A stretch of DNA of 13,568 nucleotides, from the NCBI GenBank assembly GCA_040758355.1, contig JBFLWF010000048.1, forward strand, positions 1-13,568, in the 5' to 3' direction. The stretch is from Nitrospirota bacterium. Lineage in GTDB: Bacteria > Nitrospirota > Thermodesulfovibrionia > Thermodesulfovibrionales > Dissulfurispiraceae. The notes beneath the pieces are model-generated. The model ran no database searches. It had not been told where the DNA came from and was given only the letters and a program-made list of their open reading frames with translations. Position numbers and translations under genes: made by a program. This document shows positions 6,857 to 13,568 of the stretch, one piece after another. Position 1 is the first letter of the stretch. Every line of letters starts with the position of its first letter.

Positions 6857-7264
6857 TTATTTTATCTCTATATGCCTCGGCAAGTCTTTAACCTTCTTGG
6901 GAAGGACTATCTTAAGAATGCCGTCATTAAGAACTGCTCTTATATTCTCCTGATCCGCATCCGAAGGCAGGTGGAATGACCTCGAAAATGTACCGTAAGC
7001 CCGCTCCACCTGATAATAGCTCCTTCCCTCGCAATGAAATTTCCTCTCACCGCTTATCCTGAGGACATTTCCTTCAACCGTGATATTAAGGCTGGATTCG
7101 GAGACTTCAGGCAGTTCTGCCTTTACCACAAAATCTTCTGATGTTTCATAAATGTCGACAACAGGCGCCCATGTGGGTGAATCAGTCAGCCCCCTGCTCG
7201 TCTGAGAAACCTCAAAGAGTTTGTTTATCCTTTCCCTTAGTGAAAAGGGATCCCATTTTTCCAT
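6857..7264 (-). CDS. Hsp20/alpha-crystallin family small heat-shock protein
   Basis: W.P.VDIYE, AELP, ER.YG.F.RSF.LP and A...GIL.I.LPK motifs. Confidence 0.93.
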   Translation of the reverse strand: MEKWDPFSLRERINKLFEVSQTSRGLTDSPTWAPVVDIYETSEDFVVKAELPEVSESSLNITVEGNVLRISGERKFHCEGRSYYQVERAYGTFSRSFHLPSDADQENIRAVLNDGILKIVLPKKVKDLPRHIEIK

Positions 7265-7315
7265 CCCTGTCTAACCTCCCTATCCGGCTCCCGACCTGTC
7301 AACCATAAACAGATT

Positions 7316-7345
7316 TTTATAAATTAACTCATGCCCTTATGTCAA
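7316..7345 (-). promoter_or_regulatory. Putative sigma70 promoter for the hsp20-ino1 operon
   Basis: Minus strand TTGACA (7345-7340), 18-nt spacer, TATAAA (7321-7316). Confidence 0.45.
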
Positions 7346-7422
7346 GGCATATTGCTGGAATCGGAGAAGTTAACAAAAGTTTAACCTCGCTTTCCCTCTT
7401 ATTTATCTGATACCATAAGATT

Positions 7423-7998
7423 ATGCTCTTCTTACTTGCCATTATTATAATTTTTCTACCATGGCAGACCTCATGGGCAGAGACAAACCACTCGCCCTTC
7501 AGCCACGCCGAATGCACCAACTGCCATAAACTATCGCCCACAAACCATGTGATGGGCAAACCCACGGATATGTACGACAGCCTGCCACTCGAAAACGGGA
7601 AAATGACATGCATAACATGCCACGACTGCTCATCCGGGACATGCAGGCTAAGAATCCCGAAAGGAAAAATCTGTATCGCATGCCATGAATGTGATAAGAC
7701 ATGCATGGCATGCTCCATAGATACGCCTCATCTTGGATCTTCAAAAAACATAAGCAAATATGCAGAAATGTGCATTACCTGCCATGACGGCGTTACAAGC
7801 AAGATCCATGTCAGGCACCCGTCTTTCGTGCCTTATAAAAACGGCAGGAAGTTCAGAATAATAACAGACAATCGGGTCATTATCACCAATGGCCAGATTA
7901 CATGCCTGTCGTGTCATAATCCCTTCTCAACGCAGAAGAAAAGATTGGTGATGGATAATCGCGGAAGCAAGCTCTGCCTTTCTTGTCATCTCAAATAA
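7423..7998 (+). CDS. Exported multiheme cytochrome c (doubled-CXXCH type, 6 heme motifs)
   Basis: Hydrophobic signal peptide ending near SWA. Six CxxCH motifs: CTNCH, CITCH, CIACH, CITCH, CLSCH, CLSCH. Confidence 0.88.
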   Translation: MLFLLAIIIIFLPWQTSWAETNHSPFSHAECTNCHKLSPTNHVMGKPTDMYDSLPLENGKMTCITCHDCSSGTCRLRIPKGKICIACHECDKTCMACSIDTPHLGSSKNISKYAEMCITCHDGVTSKIHVRHPSFVPYKNGRKFRIITDNRVIITNGQITCLSCHNPFSTQKKRLVMDNRGSKLCLSCHLK

Positions 7999-8720
7999 CA
8001 ATCGACCGATTTCTGTGGTCCTGCAATATATGCAATATGGGAATTTATGACATTGTTCACTTCCGAAAGGAAGTATTCAGGAGCCCTTACCCTGTTTATA
8101 TTCGATAGACTCCATTTAAGAAGACTTTTGTAAAACTTGAGCGTACCATCTGTCATCCTTATGGAGCCTTCCCTGTCGCCAATACATCTTTCACACATTA
8201 TGGATCCGTGGGAGACGTAGAAGTGATGATGCCCATTTCCGTTCGCACCGCATCTGCCGCATGCATCGAACCTCGGCGAATAGCCTGTGATCTCAAGGAA
8301 TCTTATCTTGTAATAGAGATAATACAGCTTATTACTGCAATCGGACTCAAGTCTCAGCAGAGTATCAAGGAGCAGCTTGAAGGCCTTAAAATTAGGCTCC
8401 TTCTCTGGAAGAAACCTGATGCTGAGTTCGAGCATCTCGGAAACACCGAGGAAGCATTTCAACTCATCCCTCAATAGGTGAAATGCCTTTATGATATCCG
8501 ACTGGGTTAATCTGGGAAGGTTTGCATCCTCTTTGCCGACAAATGAGATACTGGAATACGTGAGCGGTTCGAGACTGCTCCCGAACCTGCTCTTTATCTT
8601 TCTTGGACTTTTTGCAAATACCTTTAATAACCCGTAATCGCGGGTGAGATAGGTAACTATGAGGTCAGCCTCTCCAAATGGAGAACTCTTTAAAACAATC
8701 CCTTCCGTTCTCTTTAACAT
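7986..8720 (-). CDS. recO: DNA repair protein RecO
   Basis: T.GIVL....GEADLIV..LT...G OB-fold start; zinc finger CGRC...CERC; era-operon context. Confidence 0.93.
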   Translation of the reverse strand: MLKRTEGIVLKSSPFGEADLIVTYLTRDYGLLKVFAKSPRKIKSRFGSSLEPLTYSSISFVGKEDANLPRLTQSDIIKAFHLLRDELKCFLGVSEMLELSIRFLPEKEPNFKAFKLLLDTLLRLESDCSNKLYYLYYKIRFLEITGYSPRFDACGRCGANGNGHHHFYVSHGSIMCERCIGDREGSIRMTDGTLKFYKSLLKWSLSNINRVRAPEYFLSEVNNVINSHIAYIAGPQKSVDCYLR

Positions 8721-9173
8721 CTACATAATATTCCCAAAGTCTTCTGGCTTGAGGTTTTTAAGCCATTCTTCAAGCTCATCGGCCATCTTCACCTCAAGGA
8801 CGCCTTCCTCCACAAAAATGGGTGCACTTACCCTGAGCGCTACTGCAACCGCATCAGAAGGCCTTGAGTCAATGGTTATCTCCCTCTTTCCGTCATTTAC
8901 ATGGATAAGGGCATAGTAGGTGTTGTCGACTATCTCTGTGATAACTATCCTCGTGACTTTGACATTAAATCCATCGAATACATTCTTTATGAGGTCATGT
9001 GTGAGCGGTCTCGGTGTAAGCACCTTGCCGAGGGCAAGGGCAATGGCATCCGCCTCTGGCTTGCCTATCCATATGGGAAGAGTCTCGTTGCCGTCTATCT
9101 GATGCAAAAGCAGGATATACATGCCGCTTCTCGGATCGAACAACAGGCCTTCAACCTTCATCTGTATGAGCAT
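8721..9173 (-). CDS. Bifunctional nuclease family protein (DUF151)
   Basis: LPIWIG..EA.AI, RPLTHDL and DSRPSDA motifs. Start re-assigned to the ATG at 9173, which overlaps the era stop (TAATG); 150 aa. Confidence 0.9.
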   Translation of the reverse strand: MLIQMKVEGLLFDPRSGMYILLLHQIDGNETLPIWIGKPEADAIALALGKVLTPRPLTHDLIKNVFDGFNVKVTRIVITEIVDNTYYALIHVNDGKREITIDSRPSDAVAVALRVSAPIFVEEGVLEVKMADELEEWLKNLKPEDFGNIM

Positions 9174-10063
9174 TACCGAAACCCCAATTCCTTCAGGATG
9201 CGCTCGCTGCTGCGCCAATCCTTCTTTATCTTTACCCACAACTCCAGAAAGACCTTTGTCCCGAGGAGTTTTTCTATTTCGAGCCTTGCATTCGTTCCGA
9301 TGGTTTTCAACCTCGCACCGCCTTTCCCTATTATAATACCCTTCTGCCCCTCTCTTTCAACATAAATATTCGCCTGTATGAAAACCACTCCGTCCTCTCT
9401 CTCAGACCACTGGTTTATCTCTATCGCAACAGAATAAGGTATCTCATCCTCTGTCTGCTGGATAATCTTTTCCCTGATTATCTCAGAGACCATGAAGCGC
9501 TCAAGCTGGTCGGTCAGAATATCATCGGGGTAATATTTAGGACCCTCCGGTAGATAATCCACGATAGTCTTAATCAATGCATCAATTCCGTCTCCGGCGA
9601 GTGCAGATATAGGAATAATTTCTTTAAATGGGTAGAGCTTGCTATATGCCTCAATAACAGGAAGCACCAAAGGTTTTTTTACGGTATCTACCTTGTTTAT
9701 CAGCAGGAATACGGGCTTCCCCATATCCTTCAAAATATCGATTATAAATTTATCGCCGCTGCCAGGCTCTTCAGGCTCGACCATAAAGAGGATGACATCC
9801 ACTTCCTTCACAGATTCCTTAGCCTGTTTGACCATAAGCTCTCCCAGCTTATGCTTCGGCTTATGAATGCCCGGCGTGTCTATGAATACTATCTGGGCAT
9901 CAGGCATTGTCTTTACGCCAATTATTCTGTTTCGCGTGGTCTGGGGCTTGGGCGAGACAATGGCAACCTTTTCGCCTAAAATAGTGTTGAGCAAGGTAGA
10001 CTTGCCCACATTAGGCCTTCCTGTCAATGAAACATAACCGCTTTTAAATTTTTCTGATTGCAT
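9173..10063 (-). CDS. era: GTPase Era
   Basis: GRPNVGKSTL, QTTR, DTPG and NKVD motifs; KH domain with IIIGKGG. Confidence 0.97.
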   Translation of the reverse strand: MQSEKFKSGYVSLTGRPNVGKSTLLNTILGEKVAIVSPKPQTTRNRIIGVKTMPDAQIVFIDTPGIHKPKHKLGELMVKQAKESVKEVDVILFMVEPEEPGSGDKFIIDILKDMGKPVFLLINKVDTVKKPLVLPVIEAYSKLYPFKEIIPISALAGDGIDALIKTIVDYLPEGPKYYPDDILTDQLERFMVSEIIREKIIQQTEDEIPYSVAIEINQWSEREDGVVFIQANIYVEREGQKGIIIGKGGARLKTIGTNARLEIEKLLGTKVFLELWVKIKKDWRSSERILKELGFR

Positions 10064-10074
10064 GATTTAATATC

Positions 10075-10362
10075 TTACCTGTTTTCCTCAATACGTTTCT
10101 TCATCAACCCGTAGACTTCTTTTCTATGCCGGATGCCGATGATTAGCACATTCTGTTCCTCTATTAAAAATACCACCCTATAGTCGCCGACTCGCAGCTT
10201 CCAGTATCCTTTAAGTGTTTTCCTGAGCGGTTCTCCATATTCATAAGGAGCTACAGATAAGCGCGTTTCTATCGCGGTCCTGATACGCGATTTGATATCG
10301 GCATTTAAAAGCGGAATATCATCGGTTCTGACGGCCTGATGATATTTAAGGGTATAAGGCAT
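10075..10362 (-). CDS. Type II toxin, RelE/ParE family
   Basis: G.PLR..LKGYWKLRVGDYRVVF and IGIRHRKEVY motifs; 95 aa. Confidence 0.9.
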   Translation of the reverse strand: MPYTLKYHQAVRTDDIPLLNADIKSRIRTAIETRLSVAPYEYGEPLRKTLKGYWKLRVGDYRVVFLIEEQNVLIIGIRHRKEVYGLMKKRIEENR

Positions 10363-10590
10363 TTAGCCCCACGCTTCATCGTGCGATAATGCCTTTTTCC
10401 TGTTAAATGACTTCATCCGCTCATCAGCAAACGCCGCGAGGGCCGCGTCTTCTTTTAATTCCAAAGCTTCCTTGATCAGATCCCGCACCACCATCGCCAT
10501 AGAAATACCGCTGTCTTCCGCCATGTCATGAATAGCGGTATATAGCGGACGCTCAACAACTATATTTATTCTCGGATTCTTTGCCGGCAT
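10363..10590 (-). CDS. RHH-type antitoxin
   Basis: Beta-helix-helix N-terminus (PRINIVV...LY.AI..MA..SG.SM..VVRDLI) and a C-terminal SHDEAW. Start re-assigned to ATG 10590 (RBS AAGGAGGT); abuts the toxin start. Confidence 0.85.
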   Translation of the reverse strand: MPAKNPRINIVVERPLYTAIHDMAEDSGISMAMVVRDLIKEALELKEDAALAAFADERMKSFNRKKALSHDEAWG

Positions 10591-10619
10591 AATTTTTACC
10601 TCCTTTGACCCTTGAATAT

Positions 10620-10648
10620 AGTGTAACACAGGTGGAACACTCTGTCAA
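10620..10648 (-). promoter_or_regulatory. Sigma70 promoter with overlapping operator for the TA operon
   Basis: TTGACA-17 nt-TACACT. Boxes GTGTAACAC (10621-10629) and GTGGAACAC (10632-10640) lie over the spacer and -10. Confidence 0.75.
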
Positions 10649-10656
10649 TTGGGGGC

Positions 10657-10791
10657 TTAAACCTCTTCCCTCCACTCTACCAATCGCTCCCACCTTCCTA
10701 CACTCTGCCAGACGGATGATGTGTTTGTGTTTTTTATTTTCAGGATAATAAGGATTGTTTGCGAAATCCCCATGTCAGCAATAAATTTCAT
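10657..10791 (-). pseudogene. Truncated DUF5615 PIN-like toxin remnant
   Basis: Begins MKFIADMGISQT, a DUF5615-type N-terminus, just downstream of DUF433. It then runs into unrelated repeat sequence and stops at 44 aa. Confidence 0.65.
10690..10736. repeat. Degenerate 47-nt direct repeat, copy A
   Basis: 10704-10735 matches 11235-11266 at 26/32 positions, ungapped. Confidence 0.55.
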
Positions 10792-10796
10792 GCTGT

Positions 10797-11024
10797 TTAA
10801 TTAAGCGCGGGATGTAGTTCTTCTTTGGCAAGCCAAGAGCCGTACTGAAGGGCTTCCTTTATGTCTTCAGGCTCGAGGTCAGGATATTCCTTGATTATCT
10901 TTTCAGAGGTCATGCCGTTTGCAACAAGATTTATTATCAGGGAAACGGGTATCCGCATTCCCCTTATACATGCCTGCCCGCCCATAATCTCTCTGTTGAA
11001 TGTTATTCTCTTGAATTCCTTCAT
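10797..11024 (-). CDS. DUF433 domain-containing protein (antitoxin-like)
   Basis: RIT...IMGGQACIRGMRIPV, YPDLE.EDI.EAL.Y motifs; RBS GGAGGT. Confidence 0.92.
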   Translation of the reverse strand: MKEFKRITFNREIMGGQACIRGMRIPVSLIINLVANGMTSEKIIKEYPDLEPEDIKEALQYGSWLAKEELHPALN

Positions 11025-11118
11025 ATCATACCTCCAAGAAAACCTTGATGAATTTATTATATAACAGCTTACCGCCTTTTACATCTTACATCTTCCCTTT
11101 CCGCCCTATTAACCAATA

Positions 11119-11165
11119 TCAATCTCCAGCCATCTGCGCGAGGGATGATGAGCCTGTCATTTTTT
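11119..11165. repeat. Degenerate 47-nt direct repeat, copy C
   Basis: 37/47 ungapped identity to 11221-11267. Confidence 0.65.
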
Positions 11166-11220
11166 GTTCTTCCGAAACTGGTCGCTGACCCTATTATTTA
11201 CCTTGAAATCTTCCACAATC

Positions 11221-11267
11221 TCAATCTCCTGCCATCTGCCTGACAGATAATGTGTGTGTCCTTTTTT
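11221..11267. repeat. Degenerate 47-nt direct repeat, copy B
   Basis: 37/47 identity to 11119-11165; contains ATCTG-N5-CAGAT; overlaps the stop codon of the 242-aa ORF. Confidence 0.65.
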
Positions 11268-11994
11268 ACATTTTTCTTATTACAATTTCTTTATCCATCA
11301 TATCACTATCGGTATCTTTCCAGTTACCGGACCAGTAAAGCTCAAAATCTGCTTTAGCCGGAGCAGCGTTACTAGCTGTAGCTGTAATTTTGAATCTATA
11401 TGTCCCCGGTAGTAGATAATTTGGCTTTGCAAACGGTTGAATCGCAAAATCAAACCAGAATAAAAGTTTTTCGTCTTTTTTAGGAAAAACTGGACCAGTA
11501 TTGATATTCATTTGTTGTGCATTAGGTTCCAGTATAAAACCTAAATCACAAAACTTATATATTCCAAACGGCTGGATATTTTGTTTTATCCCTTTGAAAT
11601 GGCTCCAAACAAGATTGAGCGGTAAAAACTCAGCGTCTTGCTTATATGTACTGTCAGCTACTTTTTTGGACAGTTCTTCAACTATTACCTCGACATCTTT
11701 TGCAAGGCTCTTTCCATTATTAATGATTCTAAGTCGAAAATAATATGTCCCTATCTCTCCTCCGAACCATGTTCTATGACAATCAGGCGGTTTTAGCCAG
11801 AAACCAATTTCAAGTTCTGGCTTTTTCAGCCAATTCCAAAAACGTTCTTGAAATAGGGCTATGATCCCGAGGAACAAAGTAGTGGCAGTTGCTGTCCAAG
11901 CCATAGCCCAAGATGGCACTGGTTCCCACACCCAAGGAATTGCTATCAATTCCAATAAAAAGAGAGATGCATAAATTACAAAACGAACTTTCAT
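11266..11994 (-). CDS. Hypothetical membrane protein (two N-terminal hydrophobic helices, beta-rich soluble domain)
   Basis: 242-aa ORF whose ATG overlaps the TGA of the upstream RM gene (ATGA, 11991-11994); AT-rich. Confidence 0.75.
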   Translation of the reverse strand: MKVRFVIYASLFLLELIAIPWVWEPVPSWAMAWTATATTLFLGIIALFQERFWNWLKKPELEIGFWLKPPDCHRTWFGGEIGTYYFRLRIINNGKSLAKDVEVIVEELSKKVADSTYKQDAEFLPLNLVWSHFKGIKQNIQPFGIYKFCDLGFILEPNAQQMNINTGPVFPKKDEKLLFWFDFAIQPFAKPNYLLPGTYRFKITATASNAAPAKADFELYWSGNWKDTDSDMMDKEIVIRKM

Positions 11995-13529
11995 CTTTCT
12001 ATTAACCTGACTTCTTCCTCATTTAGTCCATACAGTTTATAAACTATCTGGTCTATCAAGTTATCGGTTGTCTTTATCTTTTCTTTCAACGGCTCAAGAA
12101 CTGACATGCTTTTTGTGAAATGCTTTTCGAGGAGTTCTTGAACTTTACGATCTGAAGGGTCTATAGATATTTTGTTTTTATTTTTTTTGAGGACATCGAG
12201 GAGATGCTCAAAGCTATGGTCATGATATTCTTTGATTGCGGTTTTGTTTGTTAAGTCCTCAATCTCTGCGCCGATTTCCCTTTCAAGCCATTTGAGGAAG
12301 CCTTTAATTTCCTCATTTTTCGTTTTATTTAACTCAATCATCTGCTCTGCAAGAAAGGCAAGGAAGTCGTGGATTGTGTCTGTCCTCTTTAAAGCGATCT
12401 CAGCGGATGTCCATTTTATAATGTCCTCGTATCTTGAATCATCGTATAACTCGATAGCTTCCTCGGCAAATTCCTTTCGCTCCATTGATGGGGTGATAAA
12501 TGAAATAGGCGGCATGGGCATTGAGTCAATTTCGTAAGAATTAACATGATTGTTTGTGCTTGTGAGTCTGAATCTCCACTCCCATAAGGATGAATTCAAT
12601 AAGGCAAGAATAGCAAAGAGATTGTATTCTTTTGGTTTAACAATATAGTTAATGGTATCTGAACAAAAATTGTTCTTCTCAATAATAGTAGCAATGATTC
12701 TACGCCAGTTATCTATTGCTGCTCCTCTCTGATAACCGATGCGAATATATTTATAGTCGTATGCTTTTGTATCTTTGCCATGAGCGTCAAGAAACCTTTT
12801 AACATCAAGATACATCGGGCTTCCTTGTTTCGGTTCTTCCTGAAATTCATAACGATTTATATGCGCTCCTCTCAGAATAATTTGTCCTTTTTCTTCATCA
12901 GTTAGATATTCGGAGTGTGATGTTAGATTAACCTCTCCCTGCTGAGATGAAACAAAGTGTTTAAGCATTACCCCATCAGAAACTTTATTCAGCTTCAGAG
13001 CAAGAGCAAAATCTTTTGTAGTCATTGTCGGATAGCTCGGGATGCTGAGATTTTCCTTGTCGAATTCTTCGATCTGAGACGGCTTTATCGTTAAGTGCGT
13101 AGAGGAGTCAAGAATATCTCTCCCCTGATGAATTCTGACATTAAACAAAGATGGCTTTTGTTTACAAAGGATGTATATACAGGTGGAAAGCTTTGCCTCA
13201 GGAAATACTCTATTTGTAGGATCATCCTTTTGAGGTAAGGCTTCTACCTTCTGCAAACTATTCTTTTTGAGCATAAATTCCCGCAAAGGTCTTGCTTGTT
13301 TATCCGCTAATAAAGCCATAGGAACGATAAAGCCATGCATACCTTTGCTCTTGAGTAAATCTAAAGATATGACACTGAAAAGACGGTATAAATTAAGCTT
13401 GCTTCCAATGGCAGGCCTATATACAATCTGATGCGAAAAAAATTCTGGCTCATCGTGGAAGAGAGTGGGTAAACCGATGGACTTGAAGCGGTATAACATG
13501 GCTTCAAATAATGGGGAAAGAGCTTTCAA
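11991..13529 (-). CDS. Type IIG (Eco57I/TaqI-like) restriction-modification enzyme, C-terminal part; 5' end missing or disrupted
   Basis: NLYRLF...G..GFIVP...L...A..LR gamma-MTase segment; TaqI_C-like LALLNS.L..W.F...S....V....I..MP.P; terminal IDQIVYKLYGL.EEEV..IE. No NPPY motif is visible. Confidence 0.8.
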   Translation of the reverse strand: MKALSPLFEAMLYRFKSIGLPTLFHDEPEFFSHQIVYRPAIGSKLNLYRLFSVISLDLLKSKGMHGFIVPMALLADKQARPLREFMLKKNSLQKVEALPQKDDPTNRVFPEAKLSTCIYILCKQKPSLFNVRIHQGRDILDSSTHLTIKPSQIEEFDKENLSIPSYPTMTTKDFALALKLNKVSDGVMLKHFVSSQQGEVNLTSHSEYLTDEEKGQIILRGAHINRYEFQEEPKQGSPMYLDVKRFLDAHGKDTKAYDYKYIRIGYQRGAAIDNWRRIIATIIEKNNFCSDTINYIVKPKEYNLFAILALLNSSLWEWRFRLTSTNNHVNSYEIDSMPMPPISFITPSMERKEFAEEAIELYDDSRYEDIIKWTSAEIALKRTDTIHDFLAFLAEQMIELNKTKNEEIKGFLKWLEREIGAEIEDLTNKTAIKEYHDHSFEHLLDVLKKNKNKISIDPSDRKVQELLEKHFTKSMSVLEPLKEKIKTTDNLIDQIVYKLYGLNEEEVRLIER

Positions 13530-13568
13530 AGGGGCGAGAAAATCCGTATGATTACCGTATGGGAAAAA

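Noticed and set aside
7300..7400. CIRCE or HAIR heat-shock operator upstream of hsp20
   Set aside because: No TTAGCACTC-N9-GAGTGCTAA or CTTGAGT-N7-ACTCAAG match; only weak dyads (ATGCC...GGCAT, GTTAA...TTAAC).
9174..9239. N-terminal extension of the DUF151 ORF in the ORF track
   Set aside because: It overlaps era; the ATG at 9173 coupled to the era stop is the better start.
10591..10629. N-terminal extension of the antitoxin in the ORF track
   Set aside because: This region holds the -10 box, operator and RBS; the real start is ATG 10590.
10690..11267. CRISPR array or integron attC sites
   Set aside because: The repeats are too degenerate and irregularly spaced (102 and 429 nt), there are no cas genes, and there are no RYYYAAC/GTTRRRY ends.

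Overview
Bacterial chromosomal fragment. Gene content suggests a Nitrospirota/Desulfobacterota-like anaerobe (inference only). Almost all genes are on the minus strand. From left to right: the left end and 5' part of an IS3-family element; tadA, hypA, a YtxH-like gene and a DUF948-like gene; a signalling trio (GAF/HD-GYP, HDOD and a small protein); an hsp20-ino1-CDP-alcohol phosphotransferase operon; a plus-strand hexaheme cytochrome c; recO, a DUF151 nuclease and era; then an accessory island. The island holds a RelE/RHH toxin-antitoxin pair, DUF433 with a truncated PIN-like partner, an unknown membrane protein and the C-terminal part of a type IIG-like restriction-modification enzyme. The most striking unexplained signal is non-coding: a structured element present twice in opposite orientations (140-264 and 4867-5002). 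The copies share a core of about 99 nt (88/99 identical, with compensatory changes), each closed by a perfect 15-bp stem whose sequence differs completely between copies. The second copy sits inside a fold-back of about 305 nt. Other non-coding signals are a REP-like palindrome pair (1902-2000) and three degenerate 47-nt direct repeats at module junctions in the island.
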